Source: a bacterium (GTDB taxonomy: Bacteria; Zhuqueibacterota; Zhuqueibacteria; Oceanimicrobiales; Oceanimicrobiaceae). Taken from it: a DNA stretch of 32,568 nucleotides. Positions within the stretch are counted from its first letter, which is position 1. Every line of letters begins with the position of its first letter. Of the stretch, positions 23,524 to 32,439 are shown one piece after another. The notes under the pieces are model-generated. The model saw nothing but the letters and a program-made list of their open reading frames with translations. It was not told the origin of the DNA and ran no database searches. The position numbers were made by a program, and so were the translations under genes. Location: positions 1 through 32,568 of the forward strand of contig JBBIIG010000042.1 in the NCBI GenBank assembly GCA_037446635.1, in the 5' to 3' direction.

Positions 23524-24768
23524 ATGAACCATATTCTCGGACTCAAATGCGTCTCCTGCGGTCAAGAATTTCACCCCCCTGAAATCGACTACACCTGCCC
23601 TCGCTGCGGTCCGCTGCTCGGCACGCTGGAAATCATTTATGACCACAAAGCCATTGCCAAAAAACTCACCCGCGCGTCGCTGAAACAAAATCGCGAGGTC
23701 AGCCACTGGCGTTATTTGCAGTTGCTGCCGATTTCGAATCCAAAATTCATTCAACCGCTGGCCGTGGGTTGGACGCCCCTCTACCACGCTGAAAAGCTGG
23801 CGGAATCGTGGGGCGTGAATCGTCTTTGGATCAAAGATGATACCCGGAATCCCACCGCGTCGTATAAAGATCGTGCCAGTTCCGTGGCTGTGGTGAAGGC
23901 GCTGGAAAAGGGCGTCAAAACCGTGACCGCGGCTTCCACCGGCAACGCCGCCTCGTCGTGGTCGGCGTTTACCCGGGTGGCCAATCTCAAGACGATAATT
24001 TTTGTCCCCCAGAATGCGCCGCGCGCAAAAATCGCGCAACTGCTTTTGTACGACGCCACCGTGCTGCAAGTGGACGGCAGCTACGACGACGCCTTCGATT
24101 TGTGCTGCCAGGCCGCGGAAAAATGGGGTTGGTACAACCGCAGCACCGCCATCAACCCCTATTTGGGAGAAGGGAAAAAAACCGGCGCACTGGAAATCTG
24201 CGAGCAGCTCAATTGGCAAGTTCCGGATTACGTCTTTGTGCCGGTGGGCGACGGCTGTATTTTTCAGGGAGTTTGGAAAGGTTTCAAGGAATTTTTTGAA
24301 ATCGGTTTAATCGAGTGCTTGCCGAAGATGATTGGTGTGCAGGCCGAGGGCGCCTCGCCGCTGGTGAAGGCGTGGCTGGCGGGCGATAAGCAAGCCAAGC
24401 CGATGACCGCGCAAACTGTCGCCGATAGCATTTCCGTGGGCGTGCCCCGCGATCAGGTGAAGGCGCTGCGCGCGGTGCGGGAGTCCGGCGGACAATTTGT
24501 AGCCGTGAGCGACGAAGAAATTCTGTTTGCCATTTCGATTCTGGCGCGAAAAGTTGGCGTGCTTGCCGAACCGGCCGGCGCGACCGGATTAGCGGGATTG
24601 AAGAAGTTAGTGGAAATGGGCGTATGTGGAGAGAAGGATCGAGTGGCGGTGTTGGTGACTGGCCACGGCCTCAAAGATATCGAAGGGGTGATGAAGGCGG
24701 TTTCGCAAACGCCGCTGGCGGTGGAAGCGTCGTTGGCGGATGTGGAGAGGAAGTTGCAAAAAACATAA
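23524..24768 (+). CDS. thrC: Threonine-synthase-like PLP-dependent enzyme
   Basis: CxxC..CxxC N-terminus, NPTASYKDR, ASTGNAA, VPVGDG, EPAGA, TGHGLKD. Confidence 0.85.
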   Translation: MNHILGLKCVSCGQEFHPPEIDYTCPRCGPLLGTLEIIYDHKAIAKKLTRASLKQNREVSHWRYLQLLPISNPKFIQPLAVGWTPLYHAEKLAESWGVNRLWIKDDTRNPTASYKDRASSVAVVKALEKGVKTVTAASTGNAASSWSAFTRVANLKTIIFVPQNAPRAKIAQLLLYDATVLQVDGSYDDAFDLCCQAAEKWGWYNRSTAINPYLGEGKKTGALEICEQLNWQVPDYVFVPVGDGCIFQGVWKGFKEFFEIGLIECLPKMIGVQAEGASPLVKAWLAGDKQAKPMTAQTVADSISVGVPRDQVKALRAVRESGGQFVAVSDEEILFAISILARKVGVLAEPAGATGLAGLKKLVEMGVCGEKDRVAVLVTGHGLKDIEGVMKAVSQTPLAVEASLADVERKLQKT

Positions 24769-24781
24769 AAGCGAATTCACC

Positions 24782-24814
24782 TGGGGCTGCTTCCTCCCTT
24801 TTTGGACAGCCCCA
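24782..24814. terminator. Hairpin between convergent genes, possible terminator
   Basis: TGGGGCTG ... CAGCCCCA stem; weak T-tract. Confidence 0.35.
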
Positions 24815-24825
24815 AGCTTTCCAAC

Positions 24826-24890
24826 GGAATTGGAGTAATGGAGTATTGACTTGGGCAGAAACAGAACTAACTCCAGTACCCCGTTATTCT
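24826..24890. repeat. Decayed 8-nt-period inverted element (TGGAGTAA family)
   Basis: GGAAT TGGAGTAA TGGAGTAT TG ... TAACTCCA GTACCCCG TTATTCT. Confidence 0.65.
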
Positions 24891-24959
24891 GCTTTGATTG
24901 AGACGGACGATATTGGTGATTTTTTTTGTTAGTTATTACGCCCTCGCCGCGCCAGGAAA

Positions 24960-26183
24960 TCAGTTGGCCAGTTTCGCCAAATATTTTTGGGCGTTCTTGT
25001 CGCCGCGGGCAGCGGCCTGACGATACCAATCGATAGCCGTTTGACGGTTTGGCGGCACGCCCTCGCCTTTTTCATAAGCCAGCCCCAGCAGCGTCATCGC
25101 TTCCGCATTTCCTCTTTTCGCTGCCTTATCGAATAGAGACAGGGCTTGTTTGTAATCTTTCTCGACGTGGTGTCCATAAGAATACATCAAACCGAGATTG
25201 ACCATGGCATGGCTGTCTCCGCCCTCCGCGCCCTTGCGATACCAACTCTCCGCCGCGGCCCAATCTTCACACTTGCTGCTGAGTCCGTAATAATAGATGT
25301 TGCCCAGATAAGTCATGGCCTCCGCAAAATTGTTTTGCGCCGATTTTTCGAATAACGGCCGTGCGGTCTCATAGTCGCCGCGGTCATACAACCTCTTGGC
25401 CGCATCAAACGTTTTTTGGGTTTCAAGAAGGGCGCTGGACTGCTCTCTCGTTCCCACCGCCTGAGTGAGCTCAGACTGCCGATTTGGAAACAGCGCCACG
25501 CCGCCAGTCGCCGCCGCCAGCTGGTTAAGCTGTTCTTTGGCCTGCTCGGAGGACAGCCCCAGTCCCACCATCCGGACGTCCTGAAAATCCAATTGAATGG
25601 AATCGACGCCGCTGATTTTTTCGAGGATGAATTTTTCGATATCAACGTCCGGGTAGCAGACGTCGCTGTTGCCGGTGATGACAATCAGGGTTTTGCCGGC
25701 GCTTTTGAAGCGATCCTGTTTCAGATGGGCAATGGCTTCGGCGATGGCGCTGAGCAGCGCGGTCTCGCCTTGGAGCTGAATTTTGTCCAACGCCGCCCGC
25801 ACTTTTTCTTCGTGCTTTTCACCGAAGGGCACCTTGAGCTCATAATTTTTTTCGCCGCACACGCCGCCGAAGGTCAGCAGCGCCAGGTGATCTTTCTCGG
25901 TGGTCACTAAATCCAGACGCGCCTTGACGGCTTGTTTGGCCGCCTCGAATTTGGTGTTGTTTTCAAACGGTTCGTTCATGCCATTAGAGGCGTCCAAAAC
26001 GATTTCCACCACGTGCGCCGGCGCCTCGGATTTCGACTTGAACAAATCCGTGGGTTTGACGCCAAGAAAATTGAGCAGCGGAAACAGCAGCGTCGCCAGC
26101 AGCACGCTGATGAGCGAGATCATCGCCTTGGTATTCTGGTACCACTTTTTAGTTTCAATGGAACCGCCCGATTCTTCAGGCAT
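24960..26183 (-). CDS. Membrane-anchored VWA domain + Sel1-like repeat protein
   Basis: N-terminal TM; EIVLDASNGM, GETALLSAI, LIVITG; AMTYLGNIYYYG, AMVNLGLMYSYG, AMTLLGLAYEKGEGV. Confidence 0.88.
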   Translation of the reverse strand: MPEESGGSIETKKWYQNTKAMISLISVLLATLLFPLLNFLGVKPTDLFKSKSEAPAHVVEIVLDASNGMNEPFENNTKFEAAKQAVKARLDLVTTEKDHLALLTFGGVCGEKNYELKVPFGEKHEEKVRAALDKIQLQGETALLSAIAEAIAHLKQDRFKSAGKTLIVITGNSDVCYPDVDIEKFILEKISGVDSIQLDFQDVRMVGLGLSSEQAKEQLNQLAAATGGVALFPNRQSELTQAVGTREQSSALLETQKTFDAAKRLYDRGDYETARPLFEKSAQNNFAEAMTYLGNIYYYGLSSKCEDWAAAESWYRKGAEGGDSHAMVNLGLMYSYGHHVEKDYKQALSLFDKAAKRGNAEAMTLLGLAYEKGEGVPPNRQTAIDWYRQAAARGDKNAQKYLAKLAN

Positions 26184-26226
26184 TTTTTCAACCCTCCTGT
26201 TTTTTTAAAAGGATTATAAATGTAAA

Positions 26227-29200
26227 CTACTCGCGCTCCCACGGTCGCGGCGGCCCCCTCGGCGGCTGCTTTTTCGGCGGAGCGTCGGCTGGCGGCGTTG
26301 TCGCTTGCGGCCTTTGAACCCCGCCATTTACAGAATGGGTGGATGCCGCGGCCGGCGGCTGATCCGGCAGGCACAATTCCATCCCCACGCGGAGATAATC
26401 CGGGTTGGCGCCGATGCGCTCACGATTGGCGGCGACGTTATACAATCCCGGCCACGTGAGCGGATCCCCGTAATATTGCTTCGCGATGTTCCACAAATTC
26501 TCGCCGTTCATGACCGTGTGTTTGCGGCGGCAATCTTCCGCCGCGGCGATATCCGTCGAAGGCGCTTTTCCGCCGATGGCGTAAACGGTTTGGCTGCGGT
26601 AGCTGTTATCCGCCAGGTTAAAATCGTAATCAGCCGCCACGTAACTGTCGCTGGTGATTGGGTGCACGGCCTGGTTGGCCGGAATCGAATCGACTCGGAC
26701 GGTGTAGCGAATGTTGACAACCTCGCCAGCGGCTAACTGGGGAATGATCCAAAATACCGGCTCGAAGTTGTTGCCTTTGGTGTCCGCCATCACTTTAGGA
26801 TTCGCATCGATGTTCACGATGCTAACATATTCAGACAGCATATCGGTGACGATGACATTTTGTGCCTCATGCGGGCCCTTGTTTCGCACCGTGATTTCAT
26901 AGGTGAAGCTGTCGCCCTGAAAAAGAGTTGGGAGAATCAAATCTTTATCAATGGAGTCGCGATTGCAGGGGATGGGCTTTTTTATGAGCGTGGCTTCAAT
27001 CCGCCGATTCATCGCGTGTTCAGCTTTGGTCCGGGCATGTTTCTTCAGGGGGTGGCTTTGGCCGTAGCCCACCGCACACAGCCGGTCGCCGCCGATGTGA
27101 TAGTTTTCGGCAAGAAAGTTGCGCGCGCTGCGGGCCCGGCCTTCGGAGAGTTTCAGATTCAGGGCTTCGTTTTCAGGGCGTGAATGGGGCCGGCCGGTTT
27201 TTTTGTTGACAAATCCCTGCTCGTCGGAGTGGCCTTCGATTTTTAAAAACACTTCGCTGGAAGCCAACTCCTCGAGCGCCCGGCCTAACAAAGCGAGCTG
27301 GTTATCAAAATCGCGGCGCTGATTCAATGCCACTAAACTGCTGTCGTTGATTTCAAATTGCACCTCCAACCGCAGCGGCGGAACCGCGGCGGTTTTGGCG
27401 ACCGCCAGATCGTAGTAGGTGAAGGTTTTGATAGCGGCGTTGTTGAATTCATCGATTTCGTCGATCTGCTTTTCCAAATCGACCACCGCCAGCAGAAACG
27501 GGCGGGCGGGATGCAGCGGGATGTTTTCCAGAACCAGCGACTCGTCTTTTCCCATCGCCGCAAACCAAAACGTGGTGTCGGCCACGATCGCGGATTGGAT
27601 CGCAATCGCCGAAAGGCTGTCGCTTTCCACGATGGGCGGCCCGGCGATTTCGCGGCGGCCGGCGGCGATGAAATCCAGCGCCGCAAATTCCTCAGCGTTG
27701 AAGCTTTTCACGGTTACCGAAAAGCTGTCGTCCACCGCTTCTTTGGGACTGTTGATGAGCAGGAGGTCCGCGAAATTTTGCTCGCCTTTGGTTCTGATAT
27801 TGGTGATTTGAATCGTCAAATCCGGATCGCCTTTGACATGAAACCGCGCGACGCGGCTGCCCGCGGATTCGGCCGCTCGAAAATGGTGATTGCGATCGTA
27901 GGCCAGCACCGTCCAATAATAATCTCCGGGAGAATAGGAGGGACGCGAATAACTGATGACAGAGCTTTTCGGCGCCACGTAGAAAGTCGTGTCCCTAGAA
28001 ACGTTGCCGTTGTTGCTGGCGGCGAGATGAAGTGCTCGCACTTGTGTTAAGTGATTGCGATCATCGAAACGATTAAAGTCCCGCAGCAGCGCCGGGTCAA
28101 TTTGATTTTTTTCGGCCTGTTCGAGAATTGGATCGAGCAGCGCGCGTTCATCTTTGGCAACGAGCAGCAGGTAGTTGACGTCGTCGAAAAGATCGGGATC
28201 GCTGGTTGCCTGCCAGCGCAAATTCACCGAGTCTCTCATGGTGTGCGATTGCGCCGGGGGCTTCGCCATTTCGAACGAATGAAAATCCGAACGGACGAAT
28301 TCAAAATGCTGCGGCCCTAGCGGCTGGGAAGTGACGCTGGTGAGCTGAACGGTGTCGTAAAACTCGCTGTCGATGGTTCCATAATCAAAACGAAACGCGC
28401 GGTTTTGAGATGGAAAAACCCGCCGTTCGGAAGCGCGGCTGAAATTCATGTAATCATCGAGGCGGACGCTCAGTCCGAACGCCCACTTATTGACTAACTC
28501 GGTACTGGCGCGATCGTTTATCGTGTATCCTCCCCGCAGCGCCAGAATGCGGCCGAGGCTGCCATCGAGGGGCTCGGGCAAAACCAGCGTGAGCAGGTTG
28601 GTGATTTCGGCGCCGAAACTGTATTGGCCGACTTCGTGGCGGACATCGTGGTAGTCCGCCGAAAGCTGCATTTGCACGCCGTCGTGGCTGCCCAAATTGA
28701 GCGCCAGCCCGGCGCGCAGTGTTTTCGGCAGCGGAGTTTCGGTCGCCGCAAACTGCAGGGCGCGGCCGAATTGCGTGGCGGCGGCGCCGGCGGAGAGGAT
28801 GCCGTAATCGAAAAGAAACGGCAGCCGCAGCCGCGGCGTGCGATACAAAATGCCGACGTCGAACACCGCGCTGCTGGCGTGAAATTGCGCTAACTCGCTG
28901 CGCAGGTATTTGAAATTCGCGCCCAGCGCCAGGTGTTCGGAGAACGCGCGAAGGGGAAGGGCGAGGCTGGTGGTGAGCAGCAAGTCGTTGGCGGAGGCCG
29001 ACGGCTGCGCGCCGCGGGTGGCGTCGAATGCATCCACGCCCTGATAATTGATGCCGAACGCCACGTTGATTTTATTGGCGAACGGCGTGCGCCAGCGAAG
29101 CTGCCGGCCGTAGTTCAGCGAGAGGCTGTAAATATCCGCAATCCAATCGCTGTAGCTGGCCGACCACTGCCACTCCCGCAAAAATCCCGCCGCGGCCGGG

Positions 29201-29382
29201 TTGGCGTACAGCGAGTACATTTCATCCAGCGCGCCGGTGGTGCTGGCGGCCAGGGTTTGCTGCCGCGTGCCCGGCATGATTTTTAAATAAGCGGCGCCGG
29301 CGCGGATTTGCGCCTCCGCTTGATTCGTCAACAGCGCGGCCAGCGCGGTCAGCAGGATAATTTTTTTTGAATGCGATCTCAT
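26227..29382 (-). CDS. PorV/FadL-like barrel fused to CARDB-like, DUF11, OmpA_C and LysM domains
   Basis: Signal peptide; GAAYLKIMPGTR..LYANPAAAG..LPKTLRAG; IEGHSD..NLKLSEGRA..GYGQSHP..NRRIE; HTVMNGENLWNIAKQYYG. Confidence 0.8.
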   Translation of the reverse strand: MRSHSKKIILLTALAALLTNQAEAQIRAGAAYLKIMPGTRQQTLAASTTGALDEMYSLYANPAAAGFLREWQWSASYSDWIADIYSLSLNYGRQLRWRTPFANKINVAFGINYQGVDAFDATRGAQPSASANDLLLTTSLALPLRAFSEHLALGANFKYLRSELAQFHASSAVFDVGILYRTPRLRLPFLFDYGILSAGAAATQFGRALQFAATETPLPKTLRAGLALNLGSHDGVQMQLSADYHDVRHEVGQYSFGAEITNLLTLVLPEPLDGSLGRILALRGGYTINDRASTELVNKWAFGLSVRLDDYMNFSRASERRVFPSQNRAFRFDYGTIDSEFYDTVQLTSVTSQPLGPQHFEFVRSDFHSFEMAKPPAQSHTMRDSVNLRWQATSDPDLFDDVNYLLLVAKDERALLDPILEQAEKNQIDPALLRDFNRFDDRNHLTQVRALHLAASNNGNVSRDTTFYVAPKSSVISYSRPSYSPGDYYWTVLAYDRNHHFRAAESAGSRVARFHVKGDPDLTIQITNIRTKGEQNFADLLLINSPKEAVDDSFSVTVKSFNAEEFAALDFIAAGRREIAGPPIVESDSLSAIAIQSAIVADTTFWFAAMGKDESLVLENIPLHPARPFLLAVVDLEKQIDEIDEFNNAAIKTFTYYDLAVAKTAAVPPLRLEVQFEINDSSLVALNQRRDFDNQLALLGRALEELASSEVFLKIEGHSDEQGFVNKKTGRPHSRPENEALNLKLSEGRARSARNFLAENYHIGGDRLCAVGYGQSHPLKKHARTKAEHAMNRRIEATLIKKPIPCNRDSIDKDLILPTLFQGDSFTYEITVRNKGPHEAQNVIVTDMLSEYVSIVNIDANPKVMADTKGNNFEPVFWIIPQLAAGEVVNIRYTVRVDSIPANQAVHPITSDSYVAADYDFNLADNSYRSQTVYAIGGKAPSTDIAAAEDCRRKHTVMNGENLWNIAKQYYGDPLTWPGLYNVAANRERIGANPDYLRVGMELCLPDQPPAAASTHSVNGGVQRPQATTPPADAPPKKQPPRGPPRPWERE

Positions 29383-32231
29383 CGCACCACGATCACTTTC
29401 TCTTTACAAAAAAACGGCGGGGCGTCGGAACGAAAGACGATGATATACACCCCGCTGCCGATTTCCTGGCCGGCGGCCCGGCCATCCCAGGAAACCGGAT
29501 GACGGCCAGCGCTGAAATTGCGATCGAGCAAATTGGCGACGCGATAGCCGGTGATGTCGTGCAAATCCACCCGCACGTGGCCGCTTTGCCGCAAACCGAA
29601 TTCGATGGTGAGCGGGCAGTTTTGCGGCTGGAACACGTTGTAATCCAAAACCAGACAATCCGGCGCCGGCAGCCTCACTACTGCCCGCGCAAAGTTGTTG
29701 GCCGGATTGGTATCGAACGGCGCGGTAATTCCGCTGCGGTTAATGAGAATCGCAGCCGTGTCCGGCAGAGACGCCGCAACTGTTGCGATAAACGCGATCG
29801 TGGTGTCCTGCGCCAGACCAGGAATAGTCAGCGATAAAATATTTCCTGCTGTTTGCCCCGGCCAATTTATTGCCGTGATGAAATTCGGGAGGGTGTCGGT
29901 TAGAACCATTCCCTCGGCGACATCCGGCCCGAGATTGGAAAGGGCGAGGGAGTAGCTGAATTGCTCGCCAGGTTGCACGGTTTCGACGCTGGCGGTTTTG
30001 GTCAGCGAAAGATCGTATTCGATTTGTGGGTGCGACACGCTCACGATCTCTTGGGCGCAATTGTTGGCCGGGTTGGCGTCGCAGTCTGCGGCGGCGCAGC
30101 TTCGATTTATCAATTCAGTCATCGAATTCGGCAGGGCGTCCGCGACCCTGGCAGTAAAAAGAATGGTGGTGTCCTGCGCCAGCGTTGGGATCGTCAGCGA
30201 CAAAACGTTGCCCGAAATGTCTCCCGGCCAATCGATGGCGGTGACGAACGCTGGCAGGGTATCGGTTAGAACGATCCCCTGCGCCGGGTCTGGCCCGTTG
30301 TTAGAAAGAGTGAGAGAGTAAGTAATTTCCTCGCCGGGGCGAACGGTTTCGGGGTTGGCGCGTTTCGTTAGCGAAAGGTCGCATTCGGCTTCCGGATGGA
30401 GAACGTTCACCACAGCCTGCGCGCAATTGTTGGCCGGGTTGGCGTCGCAGGCCGCGGCGGCGCAGCTTCGGTTTATCAATTCAGTCATCGAATTCGGCAG
30501 GGCGTCCGCGACCCTGGCAGTAAAAAGAATGGTGGTGTCCTGCGCCAGCGTTGGGATCGTCAGCGACAAAACGTTGCCCGAAATGTCTCCCGGCCAATCG
30601 ATGGCGGTGACGAACGCTGGCAGGGTATCGGTTAGAACGATCCCCTGCGCCGGGTCTGGCCCGTTGTTAGAAAGAGTGAGAGAGTAAGTAATTTCCTCGC
30701 CGGGGCGAACGGTTTCGGGGTTGGCGCGTTTCGTTAGCGAAAGGTCGCATTGCAAAACTTGGCGCTCAACTTCCACCGAAGTTTCTACTTGATCATTATT
30801 CAGATTGTTATCGCAAGGCCCGAACACCCGCGCCGTGTTGAAAATTTCAGCCAGTGTGTCCGGCAACGTCGCGCTGACTCTGGCGCGAAAGCTGATGGTT
30901 GCGGCATTTCCCGCGGCTAATGAATCCAGCCGCCAGACCAAGAAATCTGACGTGCTGCGATCACTATCCATGGGTGGACTGAAATCAACGGGCGTCAGAA
31001 ATTCGGAGACGGAGTCGTGCACGGTTAAATTGAACGCCGGATCCGGTCCGAGATTTTCGAGGGTGATCGTGTAGTGCAGCTCATCGCCGGCGCGGATGTT
31101 ATTTTTATCCGCGTTCACCGATACGGTCAGATCGTATTCTTTTGGAGGAATGGCAACAGAATAGCCGCGCGTGTTCGCGGCGGTTTGACCGGCCACGTTT
31201 GCGGTGATGGCAACTTCGCGCAGCGGCTCGATGGCGCACGGCTCCAAGGACGAGTGCGCCATGACGTAAAAATTTTTAATGCCGCTTGCAAGCCGTTCAT
31301 AAATTGTGCTGAAGTTTGCGCCATCTGGCGTGCTAAAGTATTCGCCGCCGGTGGTTGCGGCAATTCTTTTAAGGGTGAGGGTGTCGGCGGCGGCGCCCAG
31401 CGCGATGGTGTGAATCGAGATGTTCGATTCCCGCGCCGCGGTGATGACGGCATCCGAAGTCAGGTTCCGCAGCAGAACATCACAACCCGTTCCCTGGCCG
31501 TGGCCGGGATTATTGGAGGTATCCTCGCCGTCGGTGTAAACGATGATGCTGCGAGGCTCGTTTTCGTTTTTGAGTTGTTCGATGGCGCGCAATAGAGATT
31601 CATAAAGCGGCGTCCACGGGCCGGTCTGCGTCGCGTCGATGAAATTGTTCAAAAGCGTTTTATCGTTGGTGATGGGTGTGCTGGTGATTCTGCAATAAAA
31701 TTGCATGACGCCGGCGCGATCCGTGGGCCGCATCTCGGAGATAAATCGTCTCACGCCGGCTTTGGCGGAATCGAGGGCGCCGGGGATGTTGTCGATGCTG
31801 CCGCTGACATCCATCGCCAGCATGGTGGTCACCGGGACGATGGGCTCACAGGTTTCACAAATCTCGATGAACTGCGGCGCCGGTCTTTGATTGTAGAGAT
31901 TCGTGTCTGCCGCAGAACCGTATCTTTCCAGAATCGGATTCCAGATGTCTTTCACGGGGACGCCGATATCGGCGAGATCATCCGGGCCGATCCAATCGGT
32001 TTGGCTGGCGAGGCCAGTCACGTGGCCGTTGTCAAATACTCTAATAAAGGAAAGTATCGGATAGGGAAACGCCGCGGTTTTGCCGCGCAGGGTGCTGTCG
32101 CCCGCGGCCGAAATCGCGGTTATGTTTACCGAAAGGTTCTGGGATTGCGCCGGTGAGGATAGCGAAAGCAAAACCGTCCATCCCAAAAAACACAAAATCT
32201 GATACAAAAAGCTCTGGGATGACTTTTTCAT
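29379..32231 (-). CDS. Secreted VWA + DUF11-repeat protein with FlgD/T9SS-like C-terminal domain
   Basis: Signal peptide from ATG 32231; MDVSGS MIDAS, TPLYES, YTDGED; four DL(S/T)..TY..L.N.GP units; end VSWDGR..GSGVYII..KVIVVR. Confidence 0.85.
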   Translation of the reverse strand: MKKSSQSFLYQILCFLGWTVLLSLSSPAQSQNLSVNITAISAAGDSTLRGKTAAFPYPILSFIRVFDNGHVTGLASQTDWIGPDDLADIGVPVKDIWNPILERYGSAADTNLYNQRPAPQFIEICETCEPIVPVTTMLAMDVSGSIDNIPGALDSAKAGVRRFISEMRPTDRAGVMQFYCRITSTPITNDKTLLNNFIDATQTGPWTPLYESLLRAIEQLKNENEPRSIIVYTDGEDTSNNPGHGQGTGCDVLLRNLTSDAVITAARESNISIHTIALGAAADTLTLKRIAATTGGEYFSTPDGANFSTIYERLASGIKNFYVMAHSSLEPCAIEPLREVAITANVAGQTAANTRGYSVAIPPKEYDLTVSVNADKNNIRAGDELHYTITLENLGPDPAFNLTVHDSVSEFLTPVDFSPPMDSDRSTSDFLVWRLDSLAAGNAATISFRARVSATLPDTLAEIFNTARVFGPCDNNLNNDQVETSVEVERQVLQCDLSLTKRANPETVRPGEEITYSLTLSNNGPDPAQGIVLTDTLPAFVTAIDWPGDISGNVLSLTIPTLAQDTTILFTARVADALPNSMTELINRSCAAAACDANPANNCAQAVVNVLHPEAECDLSLTKRANPETVRPGEEITYSLTLSNNGPDPAQGIVLTDTLPAFVTAIDWPGDISGNVLSLTIPTLAQDTTILFTARVADALPNSMTELINRSCAAADCDANPANNCAQEIVSVSHPQIEYDLSLTKTASVETVQPGEQFSYSLALSNLGPDVAEGMVLTDTLPNFITAINWPGQTAGNILSLTIPGLAQDTTIAFIATVAASLPDTAAILINRSGITAPFDTNPANNFARAVVRLPAPDCLVLDYNVFQPQNCPLTIEFGLRQSGHVRVDLHDITGYRVANLLDRNFSAGRHPVSWDGRAAGQEIGSGVYIIVFRSDAPPFFCKEKVIVVR
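30055..30751. repeat. Near-identical 366-nt-period intragenic duplication (DUF11 units)
   Basis: 30055-30385 and 30421-30751 differ at about 3 positions; a third, more diverged unit at about 29695-30020. Confidence 0.92.
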
Positions 32232-32439
32232 GAAGTGAAATCCCACTTTTAAAGTGTTGAAAGAAAGCTTTACTGCAAACAATTACAGCAGTCGAAATGT
32301 TTTGACGGTTTTTGTTTCCCGGTAGCGACCAAACAGGGGAGTTAGTTTGTTCTAAATAAACTATTATTTTTTAAAAAGCAAGCACTTTTTGGCGATTGAA
32401 GATAATTTTCCAGCAGGGACGTAAAACTGGTGGGACATT

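Noticed and set aside
24798..24814. CTTTTTGGACAGCCCC resembling an IS/MITE end (also TTTGTCAGCCTC near 12458)
   Set aside because: No matching second end, target duplication or transposase found.
22055..30751. Diversity-generating retroelement TR/VR pair in the duplicated segments
   Set aside because: Differences are not restricted to adenines and no reverse transcriptase is present.
294..32156. Many overlapping or antisense ORFs in the six-frame track (e.g. 19331-20401, 20462-21379, 7718-8272, 27358-28050)
   Set aside because: They are shadows of GC-rich genes with clear motifs on another frame or strand, and have no motifs of their own.
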